A stretch of DNA of 64,000 bases from Octopus sinensis (GCF_006345805.1 NC_043007.1:68820001-68884000); one strand, 5' to 3'; numbered from the stretch's first letter, positions 1 to 13,065 are shown. The notes: generated by a model from the sequence alone, not told the origin. A program made the numbers and translations.

Positions 1-305
1 GCAAGTGTATATAAGTGTATATATATATGTGTGTGTCTGCGTGTGTGTGTGTGTGTATAGATATATATATATATATATGCGCACATAAATATATTTATAT
101 ACCCATACTCACACACACACGCATATATATATATATACATACATTTATATATGTGTGTGTGTGTGTGCGTGTTTGTTTGTGTGTTTGTATAAACATATAT
201 ATTCATATATATATATATATATATGTATATATATCGTATATCAATATATATATGTATCTATGCGCGCACGCACACACATACGCACACAAACACACATGCA
301 CATAC
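1..305. repeat. Compound (TA)n/(TG)n/(CA)n microsatellite
   Basis: Direct inspection; explains ORFs 15..320 and 155..349. Confidence 0.95.
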
Positions 306-659
306 GTACTGGTGTATTAACTGAAGCTATGAATTTCATGAATGTGTAGAATTTTCGTGAGTGTCAGTTCCCGAAGCTACATTCCGCTCAACTTAATATT
401 GAAATTCCCTATACTGATTTCCATCAATGCGACAACGCCTCCAATTACATCTGTCATCATATTACGCTGTCCTCCTAGCCTTTAGGCATGCTGCTGCCGA
501 GAGAACCAAATCTTACTAGACGCAATAATAACAACTCGTTTCTTTATCAGACATAGAGAGCTAATTATGGGTTTCTAACATGACCCGTCATTTTTCAAAG
601 ACAAATATCGCAACAATATTCCAATATTATTTCACATAACACAGACTTATCTCTTACAG

Positions 660-733
660 TTGTTGCTGGTGTATTGTCACATGGAGTCTTCACCAAGCAG
701 ACCAATAATCAAAGGCTTTTAACCATAACAAAA
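660..733 (+). CDS. Candidate internal exon (xVAGVLSHGVFTKQTNNQRLLTITK)
   Basis: Acceptor CTCTTACAG|, donor |GTATGT at 734; only one of three frames is open; no homology recognised. Confidence 0.3.
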
Positions 734-1588
734 GTATGTTTTATGATTGTTTAGTATTTTCCTTTATTTTTCTTTATAATAGTAAGATGTGATCTGAGCA
801 AACTTTGGTTGTTCAGATAACAATTATATGAAAGCATATTCCAATGTCATGTATTTCCATGCAAAAAGGAAAAATGAATGCATAGTACAGGAAGAGTTGC
901 TATTTTTGCTGCTGAAGTGACACATTTTCATTTTGGTTGTTGATTGGTAACACAGCCACCTAGAATGCAAAAGATAGCAAGTTCGAGTTCTGCTAGAAGC
1001 ATATTGTTTTGTTTTCCTCAATGTCACTGCCATTACTGGCTTATATAATTTAGATTAGATATTAGCAAAGTAATTTATAATTATGCATGAATGTGCGTGT
1101 CTGTATGTAATATTTATATATATGGATATTTTAAGGGGGTGTACACTCACACGCTCGCGCAAGCACGAGCAAATATATATGTGTGTGTGCATGTATATAA
1201 GCATTTATACAAATATATATAAACATATATCGCATACCCATACGTATATATAAATGATGTGTGCCATAAGTGTGTATGGAGATAAATATTACCACCTGTG
1301 TGTGTGTGTTGAAATAGGCGTTAATTAAAGTCTCCAATATCTACATAATCCAGTGCAACTAATTGTAAACGATTATCATAAGGATTAATATTTATCAATA
1401 TTGAAAATGAAAGTGTGCAAAATGATATGATTGATTGTGAAATACACATTAAATGTCCGTCCTAATATAGTTATGGAAACCCTGATGGTGTTGAGTGATG
1501 AAAACTAAACAGATACACTGTGACGTGCAAGTATATAATTAAAACGATTTTCTAATTAATAAGAATGAAACGAATATCACCAAAATTA

Positions 1589-1648
<60 letters not shown>

Positions 1649-1759
1649 CATCATTATTATTATTTAAACGGATATTAACATAATTATAGATATAATTACA
1701 TGATTTCTTATTATCCTTTAACATTGGCATTGCTGTTGTGAATTATTATTATTATTAGC

Positions 1760-2048
1760 TTAGCTCTGTGGTTAAAGTGTTGCACACACGATCCCTAGAT
1801 CGTGATTTCAGTTCCTAGCCCGAGTGGCGCGTTGTGTTCTTGAGCAAAGCAATTTATCCCTCATTGCTTTGCAATATCTGCGACACCTTACGAGTAGTAC
1901 ACCGCACATCTGCTCATCTATGTTGATTTAATGAAGAGAATGCGTTAATGTGCGGTACGAATATATTTGATCACTATAAACAAAGGATTTTGGCAGATCG
2001 TTCGGCAAAAGCTGAACACTCGTATGATGTCTTCAACAGGAGAGTCTA
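1760..2048 (+). mobile_element. tRNA-derived SINE (family A)
   Basis: A-box-like TAGCTCTGTGG, degenerate B box, GTTCTTGAGCAA motif, (ATT)n tail; related head at 41562-41700. Confidence 0.7.
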
Positions 2049-2062
2049 TTATTATTATTATT

Positions 2063-2620
2063 ATTGAGTGAGCGAGCAGAGCATGCCATCAAAGTGACAC
2101 TGGGGTAAAATATACGAAGCCCAGTATACCCATCATGACTACCCGTCCGATAAGGGTACACCAGGCACATGCATCACAACCATATGTGCGCGACATGGTG
2201 ATCTCATATCAAGATAAACAGCACATGACCTTGCAGGTGGAGCCCAGTTAGAATTTTCTTCAGATCGAGTAACCCATCCCGCTCAAAAGGTCCCTGAATA
2301 AGGGTTGTTTAAGGACGTTGAACGAAACACCTATGTTTCCAGAGGTGAATTATTCAAACCCCAAAGAATCCTTCTCAACACATGGCTATGATGCTCCCCC
2401 ACTACTTCTGCTCGTGATCAGAGATGCACATATCGTCAGCCACTAAGGGGCATGCTCAACTGGTTAAGGTCAAACAACTGACAAGCAATTCTGTGGTATT
2501 GAGCAGAATATTTGCTGTAGCCCATCTTTTATACCAAGACAAAACAATGTACATGATAACACTTCCAATCAGTTAAGATCAGAAGCCATGAGAGCCACTG
2601 CCTGGTACGGCATCAGGGCA
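2063..2620 (-). mobile_element. ~560-bp (AAT)n-bounded interspersed element, copy 1
   Basis: Highly similar to copies at 2664, 3554, 23003, 27690 and 28412; both ends abut (ATT)n. Orientation inferred from the (AAT)n tail. Confidence 0.85.
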
Positions 2621-2663
<43 letters not shown>

Positions 2664-2666
<3 letters not shown>

Positions 2667-3222
2667 GAGTGAGAGAGCAGAGCATGCCATCAAAGTGACA
2701 CTGGGGTAAAATATACGAAGCCCAGTATACCCATCATGACTACCCGTCTGATAACGGTACACCAGGCACATGCATCACAACCATATGTGCGCGACATGGT
2801 GATTTCATATCAAGACAAACGGCGCATGACCTTGCAGGTGGAGCCCAGTTAGAATTTTCTTCTGTTCGAGTAGCCCATCCCACTCAAAAGGTCCCTGAAT
2901 AAGGATTGTTTAAGGATGTTGAACGAACCACCCATGTTTCCAAAGGTGAATTATCCAAACTTCTAAGAATTCTTTTCAACACACGGCTATGATGCTCCCC
3001 CATTACTTCTGCTCGTGATCAGAGATGCACATATCGTCAGCCACTAAGGGACATGCTTAACTGGTTACGGTCAAACAACTGACAAGCAAATCTGTGGTAT
3101 TGAGCAGAATATTTGCTGTAGCCCATCTTTTATACCAAGACAAAACAATGTACATGATAACACTTCCAATCAGTTAAGATCAGAAGCCATGAGAGCCACT
3201 GTCTGGTACTGCATCAGGGCAT
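2664..3222 (-). mobile_element. ~560-bp (AAT)n-bounded element, copy 2
   Basis: Tandem with copy 1, separated only by (ATT)n. Confidence 0.85.
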
Positions 3223-3234
3223 TTATTATTATTG

Positions 3235-3271
<37 letters not shown>

Positions 3272-3277
3272 AATAAA

Positions 3278-3325
<48 letters not shown>

Positions 3326-3346
3326 TATAGTAATAATAGTAATAAA

Positions 3347-3383
<37 letters not shown>

Positions 3384-3395
3384 TAATAATAATAA

Positions 3396-3433
<38 letters not shown>

Positions 3434-3473
3434 TGATGATGATGATAATAATAATAAAAATAATAATAATAAT

Positions 3474-3507
<34 letters not shown>

Positions 3508-3553
3508 CATTATTATTATCATTATCATTATCATTATTACAATTATTTTTATT
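3223..3553. repeat. (TTA)n-(TAA)n-(TTA)n microsatellite with polarity switches
   Basis: Direct inspection. Confidence 0.95.
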
Positions 3554-4068
3554 ATTGAGTGAGAGAGCAGTGCATGCCATCAAAGTGACACTGGGAAAAA
3601 TATACTAAGCCCAGTATACACATCATGATTACCCGTCTAATAAGGGCACACCAGGCACATGCATTACAATCATATGTGCGCGACATGGTCATCTCATATC
3701 AAGATAAACAGTGCATAACTTTGCAGGTGGGCCCCAGTTAGAATTTTCTTCAGTTTCAGTAGACTATCTCGCTCAAAAGGTCCCTGAATAAGGGTTGTTT
3801 AAGGAACGAAACACCCATGTTTTCAAAGGTGAATTATCCAAATCCCAATGAATTCTTCTCAACACATGGCTATAATGCTTCCTCACTATTTCTGCTAGTG
3901 AGAAGAGATGCAGATATCATCGACCACTAAGGGACATGGTCAACTGTTTACGGTAAAACAACAGAAGCAAATCCGTGGAATTGAGCAGAATACTACTCCT
4001 ACTCGTGATCAGAGATGCACATATCATCAGCCACTAAGGGACTTGCTCAACTGGTTATGGTCAAACAT
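3554..4068 (-). mobile_element. ~560-bp element, copy 3 (truncated, with internal duplication)
   Basis: Same sequence; the GAGATGCA...GGTCAA segment occurs twice; joined to an RT fragment. Confidence 0.8.
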
Positions 4069-4082
4069 TTCTATCATTAATA

Positions 4083-4415
4083 TCAGTCTTCCACTGATAT
4101 TAATCCTCTACCACCTTCCTTTCTAAGTAGGTATAATCTTGCTACTCCTACTCTTGAGTGGAGTCCTCTATTCATAATTAATTCCTTCCTATTTCTTCTT
4201 TCCAGCTTTGCTAATTTAGTTTTTGTCCAATCTACAAAAGCCATTGAGTATCTACGTAATGATATTGCCCAAATAATTACAGCCTTCACTAGATTCGGAC
4301 CATTTAGTTTTGACTTCATTAAATTCTTCACCTTTCTGATGTACTCCTTCTAAGTTTTCGTTTTCATTTATATAGTTAGTACTCTACCAGATTCTAATAC
4401 TCCTAGATGTTCTAA
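4083..4415 (-). mobile_element. R4/Dong-type non-LTR retrotransposon, RT C-terminal fragment
   Basis: KSKLNGPNLVKAVIIWAISLRRYS...LERRNRKELIMNRGLHSRVGVARLYLLRKEGGRGLISVED matches the RLYLPRKEGGRGL motif of RLE-clade LINEs. Confidence 0.85.
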
Positions 4416-4550
4416 TACACCTAGATGGGGTCGCTGTAACTGACTCATCCCCTTCACCAAAATGTCTGCCCTTGCGGTAAAATTTGAAACCAATATTATT
4501 ATTATTAATATTGTTGTTGTTGTTGTTGTTATTGTTGTTGTTGTTGTTGC

Positions 4551-4756
4551 GGCGAGCTGGCAGAGTCGTTAGCACGGTGGACGAAATACCGGTATTTCGT
4601 CCTTCGCTACGTCGTGAATTCAAATTCCGCCGAGATCGACTTAGCATTTCATCCTTTCGGGGTCGATGAATTAAGTACCAGTGAAATAGTGGGGTCGATG
4701 TAATCAACTAGTCCCTTCCTCCAAAATTTCAGGTCTTGTGCGTATAATAGAAAGGA
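4551..4756 (+). mobile_element. tRNA-derived SINE (family B)
   Basis: GGCGAGCTGGCAGAG head, TTCAAATTCC B-box, central TTTCATCCTTTCGGGGTCGAT..AAGTACCAG domain, (ATT)n tail. Confidence 0.85.
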
Positions 4757-4769
4757 TTATTATTATTAT

Positions 4770-4770
<1 letters not shown>

Positions 4771-4842
<72 letters not shown>

Positions 4843-4843
4843 T

Positions 4844-4890
<47 letters not shown>
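4771..4890. repeat. (AGT)n microsatellite
   Basis: Direct inspection. Confidence 0.95.
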
Positions 4891-4891
<1 letters not shown>

Positions 4892-5723
4892 AATATAGAA
4901 TTGTATTTGATAATGCTTAATATGCATATTGATGTAAAATTTACGTATATAAATTAGAATGCTGAAATTAATAATACACGGAGGAGATTACGAAATGGCA
5001 CTAATCATTTGGAAATCATGTAGAAATAAATCCGTATTCATCTCTTATCTTTCCAGATTTTATGATTTTACACATGCACGCCCGCACACACACACAATCA
5101 CACACACACCATATATATGTATACACATACGTACATACATAGATACAAATGTATATATACATACACTCACACGCATACATTATATTTTTGTATGTATGTC
5201 TGTATGTAAACAGGTGGAACGTGCAACACTAATGTAATTCTGTTCTGAAGCTTAGGTAAAACACCGAACTGAGAAATGATTTACCGCTTCTTATTGTCTT
5301 GTTTGTTACATAAACAACGTATCAGCAAATCTAACAGAAAAAGAAAGAACTTGGGGTATGAAGGGACGTATAATTAACTAGTTGAATACATGTGTCGATC
5401 AAATAGGAATAAAATAAGGTATGGAATTTAATACAGAAATATTTTCTGGGTGCAAGCTGGTTGTTGGCAAAATCAGTAAATCAGTGGGCGATATTCCTTT
5501 TCCACCTTCGAGATAGGAAAACTAAACACCAGTTATATATTAGGTCGACTTAATCAGGTTCATGCTCTACAAAAACTCTAATCGTGTGCAGATGATAAAA
5601 ATGATAATCTTTTATTATTACACTGTAAGTGTTACAACATAGAGGCCACTTTTTTCTTTTGCTCATCGTTGGTTTTCGTGAAAATGCGTTATTAGGTAAA
5701 TGACGTAGAAGCAAAGCTTTGTT

Positions 5724-6440
5724 GGCGAGCTGGTAGAATTGTTAACGTTCTGAGTTCAAAACCTGCGGTAGACTACTTTGCCTTTCATCCTTTTGGCGGT
5801 CAATAAAATAAATATCAGTCAAGTACCGGAGTCAGGAGCATCGATTATAAAACCTTCCCTCGAAGTTTTTGGTACTGTGCCAAAATTATGATTAAAGGCA
5901 GAATCAACAGAACGTCAGAAAAATGCTCTTTGAAGCTTTTTTTCTTTTTTGACTCATTATGTTCCGATTTCAAAATTCGAAGAGAAGTGTACCATTCATA
6001 CTTTCTGGCTCCAACAAATTATAGTACCAGTGAAGTACTGGAGGGTAATACCCTTTTCTTCAAAATGCTTGCTTTGTGTCTAAATAAAAAGCATTATTAA
6101 TTGTCGTTCAAAGGCGGCGGGTTGGCGAAATGCTTGGCCGCATTTCGTCCGTTTTCGGGTTCTGAGTTCAAATTCCACCGAGGTTGACTTTGCCTTTCAT
6201 CCTTTCAGGGTCGATAAATTAAGCGCCAGCAAATTGTTAACATGCCGAGCAAAATGCTTAGCATCATTTGTCTTTACGTTCTGAGTTCAAACTCTGCCGA
6301 AGTCGACTTTGCCTTTCATCCTTCGGGGTAGATGAATTAAGTACCAACGAAACACTGGGGTCGACGTAATCGACTTGTCCTCTCCCCCACTTCCTCAGAA
6401 ATGTCATGCCTTGTATCTTTAGTAAAAAGAATTATAAATT
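5724..6440 (+). mobile_element. Three family-B SINE copies (about 5724-5886, 6114-6228, 6230-6440)
   Basis: Repeated TGAGTTCAAA...GACTTTGCCTTTCATCCT domain. Confidence 0.8.
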
Positions 6441-7017
6441 GTTGTTAACTAAGTTTCCTTCGTGAGAAAACTAGCAAATTGAAAAATTGGTCAGTTTAAA
6501 TTTTTACACATTTTGAGGAACTCTACTAAGTGTCAAGGAAAAATTAGCGATTCAATTAAACAGTTTGTCCCCTACAAATGTGTATTGTAGCGCAATATAA
6601 GAGACAACTATGTGTATTGAATCATATGTTGAGCATTAAGGTATAAGTATATCAGCTGTGCCTGCACCGATTCTCAAACGTTCGGGCGGTATTTTAATTT
6701 AATTACATTCTTAATGCCTCTGGCAAGAAAAATCCCATTGATATCTTGATGCCCATTCGGTAATTTCATGTTATTTTTCGCTGTTAGAACTTTCAGGTTT
6801 GTGGTTAGATAAGAAACATTTTTTTTTTTTTCATAATTAAACTTTAAGTCTAAGAAATTGTTAGAATGGAATCTGTACGAAGTAAACAGTTCCACGTAAA
6901 AGGGATTATACACAGCAGAACACGAATGCAAAAAGAGAATGATGAATGAAAAAGCATCGAAGGAATAATTACCTCTAGCGCAGGCACAAAACCTGTAATT
7001 TATAGGGGATAATAACA

Positions 7018-7049
<32 letters not shown>

Positions 7050-7436
7050 AACAGTAATGGTGGTGATTTCCTTATTAGCCAAAAGGGACAGAAAAAACTG
7101 GAGAGTACAAGCAATGTACAAAAATATAAAGTATAAACATGGTAGGCGAAATATAAGGGAAAAAAGGAAGAATATGAACGGAGACAAAAATAAAAAGCTT
7201 CAACAAAAAATAAAAACCCCTAAGAGAGTGTGGCAATGCTACAGAGGGCTGCTCGAGTTAAACCTCTCGAAATCTAATAGAATTGATGTTGTTGAGATTG
7301 ATGATGATGGTGATGGTGATGATAACGATAATAATAATAGTGGTGGAGGTGGTGGTGGTGATAATGATGATGATGATGATGACAATAATGGGGAGGATGA
7401 GGGAGTGAGGGAGGGCAGAGTCAGGAGGAAGTAGAC

Positions 7437-7696
7437 ACATGGCCAGCAAGGCCAGCAATTTTGAATCGAGAGGGTGGCTGAAACAATTGACTTCAGTTCA
7501 TGACTGGAACGTTAATTTATCGACCCACCAGTGCTCAGTCAACTGGGACTTATTTCGTTGACAATAAACGAATGAAAGGAAGAACTAATCACGATAAAAT
7601 TTGAACACAGAACTTCAAGAGCGGAACAAATACCGCAAGACACAATAAGGATTAGTTCGACACACTAAGGATTAGTTCGAATCCATCAATCTAAAT

Positions 7697-7748
<52 letters not shown>

Positions 7749-8225
7749 AACAACTACTGCTGCTGCTGCTGCTGCGACTGCTACGCCTCGTGTGGTCCCC
7801 TGCTGCTGCTTGGGACCATACGTGGGATGCTGAATCGTTCTTGGCTTTAAGGGTGTCGCGAAAGACCTGGTTGGACGCACAACATTCCCAGTTCTTTAAC
7901 AGGGCTTAGTAAAACTGAAGGACCGCTGCAATAAGTGTGTGAATCTGAGAAAGGAATATGTTCAGCAAAATCATAATTAACTGATCCTCCTGTATCTTAT
8001 TTTTTACCCAAAGCCAGGAACTTTTTAGCACCATGGGGGAATGCCACCGTAATTAAAACTAGTACAAGCATCTACCCTAGCACTCAACTAGTACGTATTT
8101 CATCGAGCCCCAAAGGATAAACGAAAGAGTAGACCTCGGCAGCATTGGAACTTGGAACATAAAGAGCTGGAATCAATACTTCTAAGCAGCTTGCCTGATG
8201 CGTTGATTCTGCCAATTCCCCGCTA
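7437..8225. mobile_element. Degenerate family-B SINE pieces (about 7437-7530, 7535-7690, 8075-8225)
   Basis: Partial matches to the family-B body in both orientations. Confidence 0.6.
7885..8032 (+). mobile_element. Mariner transposon 3' end relic
   Basis: GLVKLKDRCNKCVNLRKEYVQQ resembles the mariner C-terminus; followed by TIR-like GGAACTTTTTAGCAC. Confidence 0.6.
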
Positions 8226-8227
8226 AA

Positions 8228-8271
<44 letters not shown>

Positions 8272-8574
8272 TTACTACTACTACAACTACTACTACTACT
8301 ACAGACTAGGCTAACGATCTTGCAGATATCTGCGTGTTTGCATACGTAGATATTAACAAGTGAAACCGTTAGTACGTAGGTAATCGTTTTTTATTTCGTA
8401 TATTTTCATTTGACTTGCTCATTTTTACATTTTGGCGTTTTGCTGAGATTTTTTTGAGAACACATTCTTCGTGGTAATGGAGATTTGACGTCTATCTTTA
8501 GCATACTAGGTGTCCACTTTAGTGGTCATTCCTCTTAATTTTGTATGTATATATATGTATGTATGTATTTCAAT

Positions 8575-8720
8575 TTCCATCTACCAATTTCACTCACAAG
8601 GCTCTAATCGGCCCGAGACTATAGTTGAAGACGCTTGCCCAAGTTGCTTCGCAGTGAGACTGAACTTGGAACCATCTGGTTGGGAAGCAAGATTCTTCCC
8701 ACAAACACACGCCTTCGCCT
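8575..8720 (-). mobile_element. Family-C SINE 5' part; further pieces at about 10075-10240 (-), 14335-14470 (+), 31395-31565 (-), 44445-44600 (+), 46095-46250 (+)
   Basis: Matches the element at 13064-13469. Confidence 0.7.
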
Positions 8721-8760
8721 GTATATAGATCGATAAATAGACAGGCAGACAGACAGACAC

Positions 8761-8838
<78 letters not shown>

Positions 8839-9866
8839 GCATAACAACTGGAAGAAATAGGTTTTCTGCAGTTGCATATTCGAATTTCTCGGTGCTACTT
8901 TTCGAAGCACCATTTGGCTTGTAACTGACAATACCGTTAAATATCCAATTTTTTTCAAAAATAATTCAGAAGGCATTGTTGAATTTGCTGCAATATAAGA
9001 GAGCATAAGGAATGGCAGAGGCTAGAGAAGCAATTGAGGGCGAGGAAGCCGAGGCAAATAGGTGCAAAAGTAAGAGAGAAAGATATAAAAGGAAGAAAAA
9101 TAAAAATGCCTGACATTTTAAAGAAAAGAATTAAGGAAGATAGATACAAAGAAAGTGAAGAAAGAGAACGGGTGAAAAGGGGTAAAAATTAAGGATTGCG
9201 AATTTTTGGTTCACTACGTATTGGAATATTGCATTTGTCTGGTACATGAATGAGAGGAGGATGATATGACCAGTTAAGATATCGAAGAAAGTGGTCATTG
9301 ACTAGCTGGAGAAAGGGAGATGTTTAGCCAAGAGAAACCATGGAGTGATGGATAAAGTGTGTGTAGAGTGTAGAAAAACGTATGAAGCAGTAGGGAAGTC
9401 AGGTGAGGTATGGATGTAATTATAAAAAGATTTGTTTAATATAAAAAAATAATATAATAGAATTGTTAAGAGCAAAAAGCAGACAAATACCGAAAGAAAA
9501 ATCTTATGAAATGAAGAAATGAATAGTTAAACTTGTAAACGTATTAAAATTATTCCTTTGTTGTTTTATTATTTTTACTTGTGTATTTATAATTGAAAAG
9601 ATTACTTTTACATGATTTGGGGCACTTCTTTGAAAGCTTTACTCGAACAAATCTATCGAAGTTCTTTTTTAAGAGCGGCATGTATTCTATGGGTTTCTTT
9701 TGCCGAACCGGTTTATTTTCCTCTACATAAACAAAGAAACACCGGTTTCCAAGCAGTGAGGAGGAAAACAGAAAGACACACAGACACATGCATGTATATA
9801 TATACATATATACATACTTATATATACATACATACATACATATATCTATCTATCTATCTATCTATC

Positions 9867-9922
<56 letters not shown>

Positions 9923-9950
9923 TGTGTGTGTGTATGTGTGTGTATGTATG

Positions 9951-9995
<45 letters not shown>

Positions 9996-11554
9996 CCTCT
10001 ATTTTCATAATATCGAGGTCTCGTTCTTTGTTGGCATTTTATTATTATTAATTAATATATATATATATATATGGCGGTCTTTCACTCAGTTTCCGTCTAC
10101 CAAATTCACTCACAAGGCATTGATCAGATCGTCAGTACGGGGCTATAACAGAAAACAATTACCCAACGTTCCGTGTAGTGGGACTGAACTCAAAACGACG
10201 TAGTTGCGAAACGCACTTTTTGATCATGACATAACTGCGCCCATACGGAGTTGGATTGCTTGTATAATTATTATGTTTTTATTCTCTCTATATGTTATAA
10301 GCGCCAATTTACCCGACTTGTTAAGAATTTCTAAAACCATTGAAGGCACTGCCTCAACAGGACTTTAGTTGTACGAGAAACCACTGAAAGAAATAAAAGG
10401 TGTTCATTAATATTAATGTTCTGATGTTTTTAGCTCGCTTATGATAAAAGGTAGACAGTTTCGATCGCATATTTTCAAAGGCATAATTCCGATACATTCC
10501 GAACTTCCTCCATTCTTTTAGTAATATTATCATAAGCATTTACATTAGCAATGCGTATGATGTGACGGACTGCATTTACTCGTCTTCACTATTAAGATAT
10601 CTTCTATCCCTGCTTCGATTATATTCACCGTTTATACTGAAGAATCCCATAAGATGCTACATGAATAATTTCCAGTCAGGTTATTTAACAGTGTTGTATA
10701 TACTTTTCATGCAATTTAATTTCATCTTTCTTATTACTGTTAGCCACACCAGTATTTAACAACCACTTTATGCTTTCGTATCTGCTTTAATATTGTTCAT
10801 GTGTCATCTTACTAATTTCATATACTACATAAATCTGTTTCCCTTCACTTGCCACGCATCCGATAAAGTTTATCTCGCAGGCTTTAACTAAAATGTTTCT
10901 TAAAATTACTTCTTCTTGACTGACTGCGATAAAAGTTACTGTTTCCTTCATTAAACCTTTATCTTTTCACTAAGCCCATTGCCTTTTCTGCTATATGTCA
11001 TCACAAAGTGCCCATCGGTAGTTTTTCTTTCCAGGTTTCGTTCATATTTGTATTGATTTAATGATTTATTGATTTATTAATTTATTTTTGCTTCAAGTAG
11101 TTTCTAATTTTTGTGTATTCACCGTTTATCTTTCTGGCTGCACACATTACTGTCTCTTTACATTTACAAATGAAATTGATTCTAGTTGTATCTGAAACAG
11201 TTCTTGACAGTATTATACACTGCATGTTACGTTAAAAATTCTTCGTATCCTTAAACCAGTCTTGTATTTGCATGAAATTTTGCATGTGTGTGTATAAATG
11301 TATGCATATGTGTGTGCATATATATGTATGTATATAAATTGACAAGCTGACAAACAATCAAATGTTTGGGAATCAAATGTGAAAATATTCTCAACTGGCC
11401 AACAGAGAACCGCCCGGAGGGAGATATTTCTGCTAGTATTATATTATAATAATACATATATACATACATAAAAAATATTTTAACCACCAAGTTTAGAAGT
11501 GCATCCGTTGACCAAGTTTGCATACATGAGGCTGATAACATCACAAGATTTGGA

Positions 11555-12600
11555 ATGCAGCTCCTTGAGCAGCGTTCCTTGTCTCATAACCTAGAATACA
11601 TGCCCAAAGAGGTCGCACGACTCTACCGTAAAGTATCATCAGATGAAAGGATGAGCATATATGGGCAGACGTCTATGCATAGAAATGTTAGTAGAAAGCT
11701 CAGAGATGATAGTAGCATTGATCATCGAAGCAGTCTATCATAGACCAACAATCAGATTACTGCCTCCCACTTGAAGGAAATAAATTTGCAATTCAGGAGC
11801 AGGAAACATCAATCAAATGCTTCATGCAGGAATGAGATAGATATGTAGGAGAAGCAGTAAAAGGCGGCAACCGATGCAGACTTTGTGGAGTAAACACCGA
11901 AGATATCCCCCACATCATAAGCAGTTGTCTGAAAATGTCATCACGATCTGTCTATGTGACATGATGTTGTAGCTAGGACGCTCTATAATGAGATCCGTCG
12001 ATAGGATAACCTCGAGGACAAAGAAATAAGAAGCCATAGTATGGTGGAAACCATAACCGCTCATAATAAAATGGATTACAGGTGCAATATCCATGTGAAA
12101 ACTTCAATGAAATGTAATTACAATAGACATATAATGATATGGGATAGAGAAGAGAAACTGTACAGTTGTAGAAATCAGTTGCCCAGCTGATGTTAATATA
12201 AAGCTGAAGATGAGTGACAAAGAAAATACCTACGCTGAATTATTGAGAAATCTGCAGTTACGCTATCCATATTACAAGTTCAGGTTTATACCTGTAATTA
12301 TTGGGACACTGGAATATGTAACACACTGCTTAAATACCAATCTTGAGAAATTAGGCTTCTCAAAGTCAGAAAGGAACAGATCCAAGTCATCACTGGAACT
12401 GTAAAAATCTGATAATGGCTAGATATGCAACTATATACAGGAGAAACATACATAAAACAAAACATACAAATCTGCACGTTTGTATACGTACAAAAATACC
12501 CTGTTCTTGATGTTGAAATTTCAATGAAGGATCCTTGGTTCTAGGTTAGAAACAGACTCTTTCTCTATTGACAAGAATCTTGAAATAGAACTGAATAATG
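11555..12600 (+). mobile_element. RLE-type non-LTR retrotransposon 3' portion (CCHC zinc knuckle plus restriction-like endonuclease), decayed
   Basis: CRLCGVNTEDIPHIISSC at about 11874-11927, then WDREEK..VVEISCPAD..KENTYAELLRNLQ..FIPVIIG; ends at (TA)n. Confidence 0.8.
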
Positions 12601-12601
12601 G

Positions 12602-12659
<58 letters not shown>

Positions 12660-12756
12660 TATATATATACAATAACAATTGCAGCGTGGAAGGTGTTTAT
12701 AAGCCATTTAAGAAACACACAAAAGCCGTTCGATTCACTCCAACATTTAAGTTTAA

Positions 12757-12806
12757 TTTGTCAAAATATTTTCGTCGCTAAAATCCGCGACCTGTTCACT
12801 GACAAA
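12757..12806 (-). ncRNA. Mirror copy of the G3-C8 hammerhead motif
   Basis: Exact reverse complement of 12841-12890 in the left arm of the palindrome. Confidence 0.7.
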
Positions 12807-12840
12807 GTCCGTGCTGCATCTAACTAGATGCAGCACGGAC

Positions 12841-12890
12841 TTTGTCAGTGAACAGGTCGCGGATTTTAGCGACGAAAATATTTTGACAAA
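12841..12890 (+). ncRNA. Minimal type I hammerhead ribozyme motif, G3-C8 core variant
   Basis: Stem I TTTGTCA/TGACAAA (7 bp); core GTGAACA (12848-12854); one extra G; stem II GTCGC/GCGAC with loop GGATTTTA; GAA; palindromic stem III AATATT; predicted cleavage after UUU at 12883. Confidence 0.7.
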
Positions 12891-13029
12891 TTAAACTTAA
12901 ATGTTGGAGTGAATCGAACGGCTTTTGTGTGTTTCTTAAATGGCTTATAAACACCTTCCACGCTGCAATTGTTTTCGTTTCAGCACACGATCTCAGATCA
13001 AATTACTTGCTATGCGAGTACATCTCCGT

Positions 13030-13063
<34 letters not shown>

Positions 13064-13065
<2 letters not shown>

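Larger units (their letters stand above)
12674..12973. repeat. Perfect palindrome, 149-bp arms with 2-nt spacer (PLE pseudo-LTR-like sequence)
   Basis: 12674-12822 is the exact reverse complement of 12825-12973; spacer AC at 12823-12824. Confidence 0.97.

Noticed and set aside
8880-9540. Possible Penelope RT relic (RYLNWSYHPP, minus strand); similar hint at 13600-13990
   Set aside because: Only single short motifs in heavily decayed sequence, too weak to call.
12515-12570. Hammerhead-like string at the end of the RLE element
   Set aside because: The core TCAATGA deviates without compensation, and stems II and III do not pair.
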